DNA from: an uncultured Ruficoccus sp.
GTDB taxonomy: Bacteria; Verrucomicrobiota; Verrucomicrobiia; Opitutales; Cerasicoccaceae
Reading direction: 5' to 3'
NCBI GenBank assembly: GCA_965140785.1
Contig: OZ223519.1
Location: forward strand, 128,001-192,000
Length of the DNA: 64,000 nt
Positions within the stretch are counted from its first letter, which is position 1, and every line of letters begins with the position of its first letter. Positions 52,043 to 62,457 of the stretch are shown piece by piece. Both the position numbers and the translations under genes were made by a program. Under the pieces are notes generated by a model. The model made no database searches. It was not told the DNA's origin and saw nothing but the letters and a program-made list of their open reading frames with translations.

Positions 52043-53752
52043 ATGTCAGATAACGGACAGCCCAAAATGGTGACCATCAACATCGATGGCAAAGACTTCG
52101 AGGTTCCCGATGGGATGAACCTGGTGGACGCTTGTGAGAGCGTCGGCGTCGAGGTGCCGCACTACTGCTACCACCCGCACCTGACGGTGTCGGGTAACTG
52201 CCGCATGTGCCTGGTGGAGATGGGGACGCCGATGCGCGACCGCGCCACCGGCGATCCCATCATGGACGACGAGACCGGCAAGCAGAAGATCGGCTGGATG
52301 CCCAAGCCCGCCATCGCCTGCGCCAGCAAGGCCGCCAACGGCGTTCACATCAAGACCAAGAGCGAGCTGACCGAGAGCTGCCGCGAGGGCGTGATGGAGT
52401 TCCTGCTGGTCAACCACCCGCTGGACTGCCCGATCTGCGACCAGGCCGGCGAATGCCGCCTGCAGGAGTTTGCCACCGACTACGGCCGGGGCTTCAGCCG
52501 TTACGCCGAGGAGAAGAACGTCAAGCCCAAGCGCACCGTGCTGGGGCCGCGCGTGGTGCTCGACGACGAGCGCTGCATCCTGTGCTCGCGCTGCGTGCGC
52601 TTCTGCGCCGAGATCGACGAAAAGCCCGTCCTGGGCTTTGCCGAGCGCGGCAGCCATTCTTATCTGACCTGCTACCCCGGTACGCAGCTCGATAGCAACT
52701 ACTCGCTCAATACCGTGGACATCTGCCCGGTGGGTGCGCTCACCAGCACGGACTTCCGCTTCAAGATGCGGGTGTGGTTCCTCAAGCCGACCAAGTCCAT
52801 CTGCACCGAGAGCAGCGCGGGCGTCAACACCGAGGTCTGGAGCCGCGAGGGCAAACTTTACCGCGTGACCCCGCGCCGCAACGACGAGGTCAACGACACC
52901 TGGATGACCGACTCGGGCCGCGCCCTTTACAAGCTGGTCGATCGCGAGGACCGCATGCAGCGCTTCCGTATCGACGGGCAGGTCTGCTCCCTGGGCAACG
53001 CCGTGTTGCGCGCCCGCGAGCTGATCCAGCTCGGGCCGGTCGCCTACGTCGCCTCCGGCCACCTCAGCGTCGAGGAGCAGACCATGCTGCGCAAGCTCGT
53101 CGAGAAGGAGCCCGGCGCGGTCACCTTCGTCAGCCACTGCGAGCAGGGCGACGGACGCCTGATTTCCAATGACCGCACGCCCAATGTGCGCGGCGGGCTT
53201 GTCACCGGCCTCATCCGGGAGCTTCCCGTGGCCGACCTTCACAAGCTCCGCGCTCAGCTCGAAGCCGGCGAGATCAAGACCGTGGTCAGCTACGGCGAGG
53301 ACCTGATCAGCGCGGGCATCCCGCCCGAACTGCTGAAGAAGGCCAATGTCATTTACCTGGGCACGCACCGCAACGCCACCGCCGACGTGGCCCGCGTGCT
53401 CCTGCCGACCCTGACCGTTTTTGAGAAGAGCGGCACCTTTATCAACCAGCAGTTCCGGCTCCAGAAGTTCCACCAGGCCATCCCCGGCCCGGCCGGACTG
53501 ATGCCGGACATTTACATCCTCGACGCCCTGCTGGCCGAGTGCGCCGGGGGGGCACCCTGCCGCCCCTCGCTGCCGCAGATCTGGGAAGACCTGAGCGGGA
53601 GCGTGGAGATACTCAAGGGCATCGCCTTTAACAAAATTCCGGAAACCGGCCTGGTGCTGGACGGTTCGGCCTTCGCCGATCTGCCGTTCAGCGAGGGCCC
53701 TGGCTGGCACTACGAATCGCAGCGCGAACTGGCCGCCACCTCGAAATTCTAA
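52043..53752 (+). CDS. nuoG: NADH-quinone oxidoreductase subunit G (short form)
   Basis: YCYHP.L..SGNCRMC, NHPLDCPICDQAGECRLQ, CILCSRCVRFC, DICPVGALT. Confidence 0.95.
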   Translation: MSDNGQPKMVTINIDGKDFEVPDGMNLVDACESVGVEVPHYCYHPHLTVSGNCRMCLVEMGTPMRDRATGDPIMDDETGKQKIGWMPKPAIACASKAANGVHIKTKSELTESCREGVMEFLLVNHPLDCPICDQAGECRLQEFATDYGRGFSRYAEEKNVKPKRTVLGPRVVLDDERCILCSRCVRFCAEIDEKPVLGFAERGSHSYLTCYPGTQLDSNYSLNTVDICPVGALTSTDFRFKMRVWFLKPTKSICTESSAGVNTEVWSREGKLYRVTPRRNDEVNDTWMTDSGRALYKLVDREDRMQRFRIDGQVCSLGNAVLRARELIQLGPVAYVASGHLSVEEQTMLRKLVEKEPGAVTFVSHCEQGDGRLISNDRTPNVRGGLVTGLIRELPVADLHKLRAQLEAGEIKTVVSYGEDLISAGIPPELLKKANVIYLGTHRNATADVARVLLPTLTVFEKSGTFINQQFRLQKFHQAIPGPAGLMPDIYILDALLAECAGGAPCRPSLPQIWEDLSGSVEILKGIAFNKIPETGLVLDGSAFADLPFSEGPGWHYESQRELAATSKF

Positions 53753-53755
53753 GTC

Positions 53756-54919
53756 ATGGACTGGATCGATATTTTGCTCAAAGTGCTCTACGCCGTGCTC
53801 ATGATCGCGGTGGTCATGACGATCGCGGGTTATTCCGTGCTGGCCGAGCGTAAGATCGCCAGCTGGATTCAAGGCCGGGTCGGACCCAACCGCGCGGCCA
53901 TTCCGGGGCTCTCCGACATACCGGTGATCGGGCGCGCCATGGTCCGGCTCGGGATTTTTCAGCTTCCGGCAGACGGGTTGAAGTTCCTTTTCAAGGAAGA
54001 GCCGGTGCCCGGGCACGTGAAGAAAGTTTACTACTGCATCGCGCCGGCCCTGGCGCTGATTCCGGCCCTCGTGATCATGGTGGTGCTGCCCTTCGGCGTG
54101 TACTACGTGGACGGGCAGGCGCACCCGCTGGTCCTGGCCAACCTCGACATCGGCATCCTCTTCATCCTGGCGATCAGCTCGCTGGGGGTGTACGGGATCG
54201 TACTCGGCGGCTGGGCGGGCAACAGTAAATACCCCTTCTACGGCGGTATTCGCTCCAGCGCGCAGATGATCTCCTACGAGCTGGCCATGGGCATGAGCAT
54301 CCTGCCGGTCTTTATGTGGGCCAACGGCCCGATGGGCGGCCTCGGCGACCTCACGCTGTTCAATGTCGTCACCTCGCAGACCGCGCTGTGGAATGCCATC
54401 TGGATGCCCGTTCCGGCCTTTGTCTTTCTGACCGCGCTTTTTGCCGAAACCAACCGCCTGCCCTTTGACATGCCCGAAACCGAGACCGAGCTGGTCGGCG
54501 GTTTCCACACCGAGTACGGCGGCTTCAAGTTCGGCCTGTACTTCACCGGTGAGTACGCGCATATGGTCATCGGCTCGGCGGTCTTTACCCTGCTGTTCTT
54601 CGGCGGGTGGCAGTTCCTGCCGACCTTCGGCATCCTGCCGGAGTGGGTGGCCAACCCGTGGGCCTCGTGGGGCTGGATCGGCGCGGTTATCAGCGTGCTT
54701 TTCTTCATCGCCAAGATGTACCTGCTGATGGTGTTCTTTATCTGGATCCGCTGGACGCTCCCGCGCTTCCGCTACGACCAGGTCATGACCATCGGATGGA
54801 AGTACCTGGTGCCGATGGCGCTGGCCAGCATCATCATTTACGCATTCGTCATCGCCGGTTGGGACATCTTCGTGACTATCGATGACACGCCCGCCATCAT
54901 CGACAAGGCCCTTCCCTAA
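53756..54919 (+). CDS. nuoH: NADH-quinone oxidoreductase subunit H
   Basis: ERKIASWIQGRVGPN, ADGLK, AQMISYE, AETNRLPFD, RWTLPRFRYDQ. Confidence 0.97.
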   Translation: MDWIDILLKVLYAVLMIAVVMTIAGYSVLAERKIASWIQGRVGPNRAAIPGLSDIPVIGRAMVRLGIFQLPADGLKFLFKEEPVPGHVKKVYYCIAPALALIPALVIMVVLPFGVYYVDGQAHPLVLANLDIGILFILAISSLGVYGIVLGGWAGNSKYPFYGGIRSSAQMISYELAMGMSILPVFMWANGPMGGLGDLTLFNVVTSQTALWNAIWMPVPAFVFLTALFAETNRLPFDMPETETELVGGFHTEYGGFKFGLYFTGEYAHMVIGSAVFTLLFFGGWQFLPTFGILPEWVANPWASWGWIGAVISVLFFIAKMYLLMVFFIWIRWTLPRFRYDQVMTIGWKYLVPMALASIIIYAFVIAGWDIFVTIDDTPAIIDKALP

Positions 54920-54943
54920 TCACCCAGGAACTTCTCATCAGCC

Positions 54944-55489
54944 ATGTCCAAAGTCGTCGAACGTAAACCGCTCACTTTCCTTGAGAAGACCTACCTGCCG
55001 CAAATTCTCGGCGGGCTGAAGATCACGTTGAAAAACGCCTTCCAACCGCCGGTCACCCTGGAGTACCCGGAGGAGCGCCCGCCCATCCCGGACGGCTACC
55101 GCGGCGTGCCCACGCTGGTCCACGACCCCAATGGCCGGGAGAAGTGCGTCTCGTGCCAGCTGTGCGAGTTCGTCTGTCCGCCCAAGGCCATTCGCATCAC
55201 CCCCGGGGAAATCCCCGAGGAAAGCGAGACCGCCCACGTGGAAAAGGCCCCGCAGGACTTCGAGATCAACATGCTGCGCTGCATCTACTGCGGCATGTGC
55301 CAGGAGGTCTGCCCGGAGGAGGCGATCTTCCTGCAGGACATCTATTCGCTGGTCGGCACCTCGCGCGAGGAGCTGGTTTACCACAAGCAGAAACTTTACG
55401 AGCTGGGCGGCACGCTGCCCGACGAGCACTACAAGTGGGACAAAAAGAAAGAGGCCCACGAACGCGCCGCTGCCGGTGCCCATCATTAA
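54944..55489 (+). CDS. nuoI: NADH-quinone oxidoreductase subunit I
   Basis: Two CxxCxxCxxxCP motifs; TLEYPEE. Confidence 0.96.
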   Translation: MSKVVERKPLTFLEKTYLPQILGGLKITLKNAFQPPVTLEYPEERPPIPDGYRGVPTLVHDPNGREKCVSCQLCEFVCPPKAIRITPGEIPEESETAHVEKAPQDFEINMLRCIYCGMCQEVCPEEAIFLQDIYSLVGTSREELVYHKQKLYELGGTLPDEHYKWDKKKEAHERAAAGAHH

Positions 55490-55597
55490 ACCTAATTAAC
55501 CGATACCCGAGGGATTTTGACTTGAAAGGGCCAAGCCGATACTGAGACTTTCACAGCTTCGCCGGTGCGAACCGGCAGGCGAGAGGGACGCTACGCT

Positions 55598-56182
55598 ATG
55601 CACGACTTTTTCTTTTATCTGTTTTCCGCGCTGACGGTGCTGTCCGCCTTTCTGGTGGTGGTGAACCCGAATGCGGTCAACAGCGCGGTTTTCATGATCG
55701 TGAGCTTTGTGGGGACGGCCGCTTTGTTCCTGCTGCTGGACGCCTTCTTTTTGGCCATCCTTCAGGTGCTGGTTTACGCCGGGGCGGTCATGGTGCTGTT
55801 TTTGTTCATCATCATGCTGCTCGATGTCGAGCGCTCCGGGCGCATACGGCCCGATCTGATCACGGTGGTCGCCGCCTCGGTGGCGACGCTGCTGCTGATC
55901 TTCGGCATGGGCTATCTCTTCCTGACCGGCCATGACACCACCGTGGCCGGCCTGGCCGCGGTGCCGGATGTTCCCGGCGCGGCCAACCCGATGGAGTTCG
56001 CCACGGCCTCGCGCTCGTTCGGCTACGGACTTTTCACCAAGTACATGCTGCCTTTCCAGGTGGCGGGCTTTCTCCTGCTGGTGGCCATGATCGGTGTCAT
56101 CGTGCTGAGCAAGCGCTTCCCCGTTCCGGGGGCCGGCAAGCCCTCGGCCGAGGAGATTCGTGAAGCGGAGGTACAGTCATGA
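55598..56182 (+). CDS. nuoJ: NADH-quinone oxidoreductase subunit J
   Basis: [31 protein letters not shown]. Confidence 0.95.
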   Translation: MHDFFFYLFSALTVLSAFLVVVNPNAVNSAVFMIVSFVGTAALFLLLDAFFLAILQVLVYAGAVMVLFLFIIMLLDVERSGRIRPDLITVVAASVATLLLIFGMGYLFLTGHDTTVAGLAAVPDVPGAANPMEFATASRSFGYGLFTKYMLPFQVAGFLLLVAMIGVIVLSKRFPVPGAGKPSAEEIREAEVQS

Positions 56183-56487
56183 GCTCAGTCGGTTTAAACG
56201 AATACCTTTTTGTGGCCGGACTGCTGTTCGCGCTCGGATTTTTCGGGGTGCTGCTGCGGCGGAACACCCTGGTCATTTTCATGTGCATGGAGCTGATGCT
56301 CAACGCCGTGAACCTCGCGCTGGTGGGCTTCTCCCGCTACAACCAGACGATGGACGGCAACATCTTCGTCTTTTTCATCATCACGGTGGCGGCGGCCGAG
56401 GTCGCTGTCGGGCTGGCGATTATCGTCGCCCTTTACCGCAAACGCCGGACCGTACAGGTCGAGGAACTTAACGCCCTCAGCAACTAG
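56179..56487 (+). CDS. nuoK: NADH-quinone oxidoreductase subunit K
   Basis: RRN...[22 protein letters not shown]. Confidence 0.96.
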   Translation: MSSVGLNEYLFVAGLLFALGFFGVLLRRNTLVIFMCMELMLNAVNLALVGFSRYNQTMDGNIFVFFIITVAAAEVAVGLAIIVALYRKRRTVQVEELNALSN

Positions 56488-58425
56488 ATGAATCCTCTGG
56501 AACTGCTTGCGATCATTCTGCTCATCCCGCTGGCCTCAGCGGCGATCATTTGCCTGTTTTTACGACGCGGCGGCTACTGGGCCTCAGCGGTCTCGGTGCT
56601 GGCGGCGCTCGGCATCCTGGGCTTCAGCTTCTATTTTCTGCTGACCTGGAACGGCGAAACGATCACCGGCTCGATCCCCTGGCTGCAACTGGGGCAGGAC
56701 TACTCCTTTGACCTGGGCTTTCTCTTTAACCACGAGGCGGCCACCATGCTGGCGGTCGTGGCCTTCGTCGGCTTCTGGATCCACGTCTTCAGCGTTGGGT
56801 ACATGGACGACGACAAGGACAAGGGCCGCTTCTTCGGCGGGCTGTCGATCTTCATGTTCTCGATGCTCGGGATCGTGCTGGCCGACAACCTGTTCATGAT
56901 CTTCGTCTTCTGGGAGCTGGTCGGCTTCAGCTCGTACATGCTGATCGCCCACTACTGGGACAAAGACTTCGCCGCCGCCGCCTCGAAGAAGGCTTTCATC
57001 GTCAACCGGATCGGGGACTTCGGTTTCCTCGTCGGCATCGCCTGGGCCTACCACTACTACGGCACCGCCGACATCTCCGCCATCACGGCGCAGATTGTGA
57101 GCGGGCAGAGTGGGGCGGTCACCGGCATCGGCCTGCTGCTGATGTGCGGCTTTATCGGTAAGAGCGCGCAATTCCCCCTCCAGGTGTGGCTGACGGACGC
57201 CATGGCGGGCCCGACCCCGGTCTCGGCCCTCATCCACGCGGCCACCATGGTCGCCGCCGGTATCTATTTCATGGTCCGGGTCTTCTTCCTGCTCACCCCC
57301 TTCGCGCTGGAGTGGATCCTGTGGTCGGGTGCGATCATGACCGTCTTCGCCGGTTTCTGTGCGCTGGGGCAGGTGGACATCAAAAAATCGCTCGCGTACT
57401 CCACGCTGGCGCACCTGGGCTACATGGCCACGGCCATCGGGCTGGGCTTCCCGGGGCTGGCCATCATGCACATGGCCATGCACGCCTGTTTTAAGGCCAC
57501 GCTCTTCCTCTGCTCGGGGTCGGTCATCCACGCCTGCCACCACGAGCAGGATATGTTCAAGATGGGCGGTCTGGCCAAGAAGATGCCCGTCACCTTCATC
57601 GCTTTCTTCGTCGCCACGCTGTCCATTTCCGCCGTGCCCTTCACCGCCGGTTATTACAGTAAGGACACGATCATCGCCGGGGCCTGGGGCAAATTTGCCG
57701 CCGGTCACGGAGACGCCTACGCCTGGGCCTTTGGCCTGACCATGCTCGGCGCGCTGCTGACCGCCCTGTACATGGGCCGCATGCTCTTCGTCGTCTTCTT
57801 CGGCAAGCCCAACTCCGAGAAAGCCTCCCACGCCAAGGAAAGCAGCCCGTGGATGACGGTGCCGCTTGTCGTGCTGGGCTGGATTATGTCGCTGGGCGCG
57901 GGCTGGTTCGTCTATCACTGGCTCTGGGCCGACGGCGCGATGAACGCCCTCGTCCCCGCCGACGTGGCGCAGTTCATGGTCAACGGCTACTCGCATGCCG
58001 CCGGTGGCTGGGAGGCTGCCCACCACCTCTTCGAGGAGTCCGGCGCGCACTGGGTCGAGTACCTGAGCTGGGGCTGCATCATTGGCGGCTTCCTCTTCAC
58101 TTTCTTCTTCTACGGGCGCGGCCCGGCGCAGGACCGCCTGCAGGCGAAGGCCCCCGGCCTTTACCATGTGCTGGAGCGCCACGGCTGGTTTGACGACATT
58201 TACGACTTCTACGTTTCCCACATCCAGCAACGCTTCGCCGACTTTATCGCGTTCATTGACCAGGCCGTGATCGGCGGGTTGATCGTGCGCGGGTCGGGCG
58301 CGGTCGCCGGGTTGGTCGGGATGGTTTCACGCTCGCTGCACGTGGGCAGTATTCACGGTTATGTTTATTGGTTTATCGCCGGTGTCATTCTCTTTGGCGC
58401 CTTTGCTCTGGGACTGCTACGATGA
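56488..58425 (+). CDS. nuoL: NADH-quinone oxidoreductase subunit L
   Basis: FWELVGFSSY, KAFIVNRIGD, KSAQFPL..WL.DAMAGPTPVSALIHAATMV. Confidence 0.96.
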   Translation: MNPLELLAIILLIPLASAAIICLFLRRGGYWASAVSVLAALGILGFSFYFLLTWNGETITGSIPWLQLGQDYSFDLGFLFNHEAATMLAVVAFVGFWIHVFSVGYMDDDKDKGRFFGGLSIFMFSMLGIVLADNLFMIFVFWELVGFSSYMLIAHYWDKDFAAAASKKAFIVNRIGDFGFLVGIAWAYHYYGTADISAITAQIVSGQSGAVTGIGLLLMCGFIGKSAQFPLQVWLTDAMAGPTPVSALIHAATMVAAGIYFMVRVFFLLTPFALEWILWSGAIMTVFAGFCALGQVDIKKSLAYSTLAHLGYMATAIGLGFPGLAIMHMAMHACFKATLFLCSGSVIHACHHEQDMFKMGGLAKKMPVTFIAFFVATLSISAVPFTAGYYSKDTIIAGAWGKFAAGHGDAYAWAFGLTMLGALLTALYMGRMLFVVFFGKPNSEKASHAKESSPWMTVPLVVLGWIMSLGAGWFVYHWLWADGAMNALVPADVAQFMVNGYSHAAGGWEAAHHLFEESGAHWVEYLSWGCIIGGFLFTFFFYGRGPAQDRLQAKAPGLYHVLERHGWFDDIYDFYVSHIQQRFADFIAFIDQAVIGGLIVRGSGAVAGLVGMVSRSLHVGSIHGYVYWFIAGVILFGAFALGLLR

Positions 58426-60017
58426 CGGACTTTAATTCCTTGCTGCTAATCCTCGCCATCGTCATCCCGCTGGCTGCGGCGGTGCTGCTGTTTTTCGGGC
58501 AAAAGCTCGGCAACTGCGCCGCCAAGCTCATCGCCGGGATCGGTTTTCTGGCCCCGGCCGCCATCGCGCTGTGGCTGTGGGGTAACTTCGGCGACGCCGC
58601 GCACAACGCCGCCGGCTACGCCTACCTGAGCCAGTTCGACCTGGGGATGAAGGAAACGCTCGGCATCAGCCTCTACCTGGGGCTCAACGGCATCTCCGCG
58701 CCGCTGTTTCTGCTGGCCGGGATCGTCGGGCTGGCCGCCGGCTGGCAGGCCATGAACTCGAAGGCCGAGCGACTGCCGCAGTATCTGCTGCTCCTGCTGG
58801 TCATGCAGGCCGGACTGATGGGCGTCTTTGCCTCGATCGACATTTTCTTCTTCTACTTCTTCCACGAACTGGCGCTGATCCCGACCTTTATCATGATCGG
58901 TATCTGGGGCGGGGCCGGGCGCCGCTCGGCCGCGATGGAGATGACCATTTACCTGACGCTTGGAGCGATGCTCTCACTGCTCGGGCTGATCTACATCTAC
59001 AAGGCCACCGACTGGACGGGCTTCGACCTGATCGCGCTGCGCGAGTATGTGGCGGCGAACAGCATCTCCGATGTCGTTCAGCACAACATCTTCGGGCTGC
59101 TGCTGTTTGGCTTCGGCATCCTCGTTTCGCTCTTTCCCTTCCACTCGTGGGCGCCGCGCGGGTACGCCGCCGCCCCCACAGCCAACGCCATGCTCCACGC
59201 CGGGGTGCTGAAAAAGTTCGGCCTCTACGGGCTCGTCCAGATCGCGGCCCCACTGCTGCCGCTGGGCGCGCTGGAGTGGAATCCGCTGCTGATCTGGCTG
59301 GCGCTGGGGAATATTCTTTTCATCGGTCTGGTGACGATCGCCCAGCGCGACCTCAAGCTCATGATTGGTTACAGCTCGGTCATGCACATGGGCTACATCT
59401 TCCTCGGGATCGCCACCCTGTCGGTGGCCGGGGTCGGCGGCGCGGTCATCCTGATGTTCGCGCACGGCCTGTCCGTGGCGCTGATGTTCCTGCTCTCCAC
59501 CGCCGTTTACGACCGCACCGGCACCTACGACATGCGCGACATGGGCGGCCTCGGCCTGAAGGCCCCGGTTCTGGCCGGCTTCTTCGTCGCCGCGACCATG
59601 GCCAGCATCGGCTTGCCGGGCTTCGCCAACTTCTGGGGCGAGTTCACCATCTTCATCGCCCTGTGGCAAAATCACCCCTGGGCGGTGGCTCCGGCTGTGC
59701 TCGGGGTGGTCATCTCGGCTATCTACGGGCTGCGTGCCTCCGCCGCGATTTTCATGGGACCGCCGACCGAGTCCTTCCAGGCAGCCAGCGCGGGCAAGCC
59801 CATCGGCGACATTACCCGTGCCGAGCGCATCCCGGCGATTATTCTTTTCCTCGGTCTGGTGCTGGTCGGTTTCTGGCCGCGCTCGATCTCCAACACGATT
59901 GACCAGCAACTGATGAGCGAACCCGTCTATCAGTCCCGCGTACTCTCCACGGTCCCGGCTCCGGCGGCACCCACGCCCGCCGCCAACGGCCATGAACACG
60001 AGGAGTCGGCATCATGA
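58422..60017 (+). CDS. nuoM: NADH-quinone oxidoreductase subunit M
   Basis: FPFHSWAP, YSSVMHMG, SIGLPGFANFWGEF; ATGA overlap with nuoL. Confidence 0.95.
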   Translation: MTDFNSLLLILAIVIPLAAAVLLFFGQKLGNCAAKLIAGIGFLAPAAIALWLWGNFGDAAHNAAGYAYLSQFDLGMKETLGISLYLGLNGISAPLFLLAGIVGLAAGWQAMNSKAERLPQYLLLLLVMQAGLMGVFASIDIFFFYFFHELALIPTFIMIGIWGGAGRRSAAMEMTIYLTLGAMLSLLGLIYIYKATDWTGFDLIALREYVAANSISDVVQHNIFGLLLFGFGILVSLFPFHSWAPRGYAAAPTANAMLHAGVLKKFGLYGLVQIAAPLLPLGALEWNPLLIWLALGNILFIGLVTIAQRDLKLMIGYSSVMHMGYIFLGIATLSVAGVGGAVILMFAHGLSVALMFLLSTAVYDRTGTYDMRDMGGLGLKAPVLAGFFVAATMASIGLPGFANFWGEFTIFIALWQNHPWAVAPAVLGVVISAIYGLRASAAIFMGPPTESFQAASAGKPIGDITRAERIPAIILFLGLVLVGFWPRSISNTIDQQLMSEPVYQSRVLSTVPAPAAPTPAANGHEHEESAS

Positions 60018-61534
60018 ACAAGGAACTTCTCAACCAGCTCTCGGAGCAATTCGTATCGACCAACCAGTGGGGCGCCCTCTGGCCGGAAATTTCGCTGGCC
60101 CTGCTCGCCGTGCTGGTCCTGCTGATCGACCTGTTCGCCCCCCGCGTGCGCGACCGGGCCGTGCCCTTCGCGGCCATCGGCGGGCAGATTGTGATTCTTG
60201 CCATTCTGGTCTCGAAGCTGGGCACCGGTACCGGCGAGGAGCAGCTTCTCTTTGGCGGCATGGTGCTGACGACGAATCTGGCGGCGGTCATGCAGGTGTT
60301 TTTCCTGCTCGCCTCGATCCTGGTCTGCTGGCTGGGCGCGATCTACCTGCGCAAGCAGCCGCTGCCGCGGATGGAGTTCTACTGCCTCACGCTGATGGTG
60401 ACGGCGGCTCTCATGCTGCTGGGCCAGAGCTCGAACTTCGTCATGCTCTTTGTCGCGCTGGAAACGGTGACAATCGGCTTCTACGTGCTGGTCAGCTACG
60501 GGCGTAACAGCGCCTTCTCGCTCGAAGGCGGCCTCAAGTACCTCGTCCTCGGTGGCACCAGCACCGCGATCCTGCTCTTCGGCATCGTGCTGCTCTACGG
60601 GGTGGCCGGCGACCCGAGCCTGCCCGGCCACACCAGCGATTCCCTCAATTTCCTCGCTCTGGAGCAGTTCCTGGCCGCCAACTCCGGCAACGTCCTGGCC
60701 AAGGTCGGCGTCGTTCTGGTGCTGTGCGGCATCTGCTTCAAGATCGGGGCCGTGCCCTTCCAGATCTGGATCCCCGACGTTTATCAGGGTGCGCCCACGC
60801 CGGTGACGGCCTTCCTCGCCGTCTCCTCCAAGGCTGCGGGCTTTATTGTCCTGATCAACCTGCTGACGGGTCCCTTCGGCCCGATGAAGGAGCTGACCCT
60901 GCCGCTGCTCTCGGCCATCACGATCGTGACGATCCTCTTCGGCAACTTCACCGCGCTGGGCCAGCGCAACGTCAAGCGCGTCATCGGCCTGTCCGGGATT
61001 GCCCACGCCGGGTACCTCCTGTTGGGCATCGTGGCGCTGATCCAGGGGGTCGAACTGGCCGCCTGGGCCGTGATTTTCTATTTGTTCACCTACCTCTTCG
61101 GCTCCTTCACCGTCTTCGGCGTCATGGCCCATCTGGCCGGACCCGACGACGAAAACCAGGAGGTCGACCACTATGTGAATCTCGCCCGCCGTCAGCCGTT
61201 TCTGGCCGGGGTGCTGGCCATCGGGCTGGGCTCGCTGGCCGGGATTCCGCCGCTGGCCGGCTTCATCGGGAAGGTTTTCCTCTTCGTGGTCGCTTTCCAG
61301 GCCAACCTCTACCTGCTGCTGGCCGTGGCCATCATCGGGGTGGTGATCTCGATCTACTACTACTTTGGCTGGATGCGCGAAGCCTTCTTTCAGGAGCAGT
61401 CCTGGCCCGAGGGTAAGGAAGAAAAGCTCGAACCCCTCAAAGTCTGCCTCTGCAATAAGGTCGCGCTGGCCGTGCTCGCCATCATCACCGTGGTGCTCGG
61501 CATCTACCAGGGCGGCTTCGGCGCCGGATTCTAA
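60014..61534 (+). CDS. nuoN: NADH-quinone oxidoreductase subunit N
   Basis: EGGLKY, FKIGAVPFQIWIPDVYQGAPTPVTAFL, SLAGIPPLAGFIGK. Confidence 0.96.
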   Translation: MNKELLNQLSEQFVSTNQWGALWPEISLALLAVLVLLIDLFAPRVRDRAVPFAAIGGQIVILAILVSKLGTGTGEEQLLFGGMVLTTNLAAVMQVFFLLASILVCWLGAIYLRKQPLPRMEFYCLTLMVTAALMLLGQSSNFVMLFVALETVTIGFYVLVSYGRNSAFSLEGGLKYLVLGGTSTAILLFGIVLLYGVAGDPSLPGHTSDSLNFLALEQFLAANSGNVLAKVGVVLVLCGICFKIGAVPFQIWIPDVYQGAPTPVTAFLAVSSKAAGFIVLINLLTGPFGPMKELTLPLLSAITIVTILFGNFTALGQRNVKRVIGLSGIAHAGYLLLGIVALIQGVELAAWAVIFYLFTYLFGSFTVFGVMAHLAGPDDENQEVDHYVNLARRQPFLAGVLAIGLGSLAGIPPLAGFIGKVFLFVVAFQANLYLLLAVAIIGVVISIYYYFGWMREAFFQEQSWPEGKEEKLEPLKVCLCNKVALAVLAIITVVLGIYQGGFGAGF

Positions 61535-61553
61535 CGCGGATTCGTTTTTTTTA

Positions 61554-61915
61554 TCTGGGCTTGTGCAGTCCAGACCCGCCCCGGGTTGCACCCGGTGGCA
61601 CTGAGGGGAACAAGTTGCAGGACCGAGTCCTGCACCTGTGATGTGCTTCCGCATCACGGCATGGGCAACCCGTGATTAACACCGGCTCAAACGAACTTCG
61701 CCAAGCACGACCTGCGGGAGGCGCGAAACTTGTAGGCAAATGGGTATTGACTGCAAGTTCCCCTACGCGGCCAGAAAGGCCGCTACCCCTGATTGCTCGT
61801 CCAGCCGGACCCTTTCTGGCTCCGATGGGGCTATCGCCCCATTTAGATTAACTACACAAGCCAAGGGCGCAGTCAGCATTTAAATTATTGACCTGACCCC
61901 TTCGGGTGACCCCCT
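61554..61915. repeat. multi-hairpin intergenic region
   Basis: At least seven short hairpins, e.g. TGCAGGAC-CGA-GTCCTGCA, GCCAGAAAGG...CCTTTCTGGC, ATGGGGC-TATC-GCCCCAT; TTGACCTGACCCC at 61888. Confidence 0.6.
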
Positions 61916-61945
61916 AGGTGCCTTTCGATAGAAAGTAATATTTAA

Positions 61946-62452
61946 TCAATAAATTTCAATAATATCAACTTCTTCTCCTTCCGTAGGAATTTTCATTAAG
62001 TCAGGGACCATACGATTTCCAACATTAGCATTGTCCTCCTTCAGTAAATCTTGACCTCTTGCATTGTGAGGATCAAACTTAATAGAGGAACAATTGAATT
62101 CCCCTGCTTGATATTTCTTTTCAATCTCTTGAAGTAATGCAAAAGCCTCTTGCTGCCCAGGCCTCAACTGCTTCTTTTTTTCAAGCTTTCGATAATAGAA
62201 ACCAGGCCGTCCCATGCAGTACACCATCAAGGCTGTTCCTCTGTCACAAAGTGGATGGCAGATTACTTTGCGCAAGACATCTATGTTTCCATCTGCATTG
62301 AAGTTCCCTGCGAACTGGTGAAGCTCCTCGGAGGTCTCAACCTCAGAAAGAGCTAGATCCAACTTTCTTTCTGACTCATTAATATCATCAGAAACCCACT
62401 GATCGAGTAGCAGATATTTGAGACGACTCATTTGTTTTTCCGAATATTTCAT
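61946..62452 (-). CDS. DUF4274-like protein (putative immunity protein)
   Basis: ELHQFAGNFN.D...L.KVI.HP.CDRGTAL.VY pattern; AT-rich; starts 5 bp after the toxin-tip stop. Confidence 0.75.
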   Translation of the reverse strand: MKYSEKQMSRLKYLLLDQWVSDDINESERKLDLALSEVETSEELHQFAGNFNADGNIDVLRKVICHPLCDRGTALMVYCMGRPGFYYRKLEKKKQLRPGQQEAFALLQEIEKKYQAGEFNCSSIKFDPHNARGQDLLKEDNANVGNRMVPDLMKIPTEGEEVDIIEIY

Positions 62453-62457
62453 AATAT

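Noticed and set aside
52043..53752. Short NuoG as a pseudogene
   Set aside because: The frame is intact, the N-terminal Fe-S motifs are present and it is tightly followed by nuoH; reduced C-terminal regions are known in NuoG.
61533..61552. Terminator directly after nuoN
   Set aside because: A T-run is present but the stem is only about 4 bp, too weak to call.
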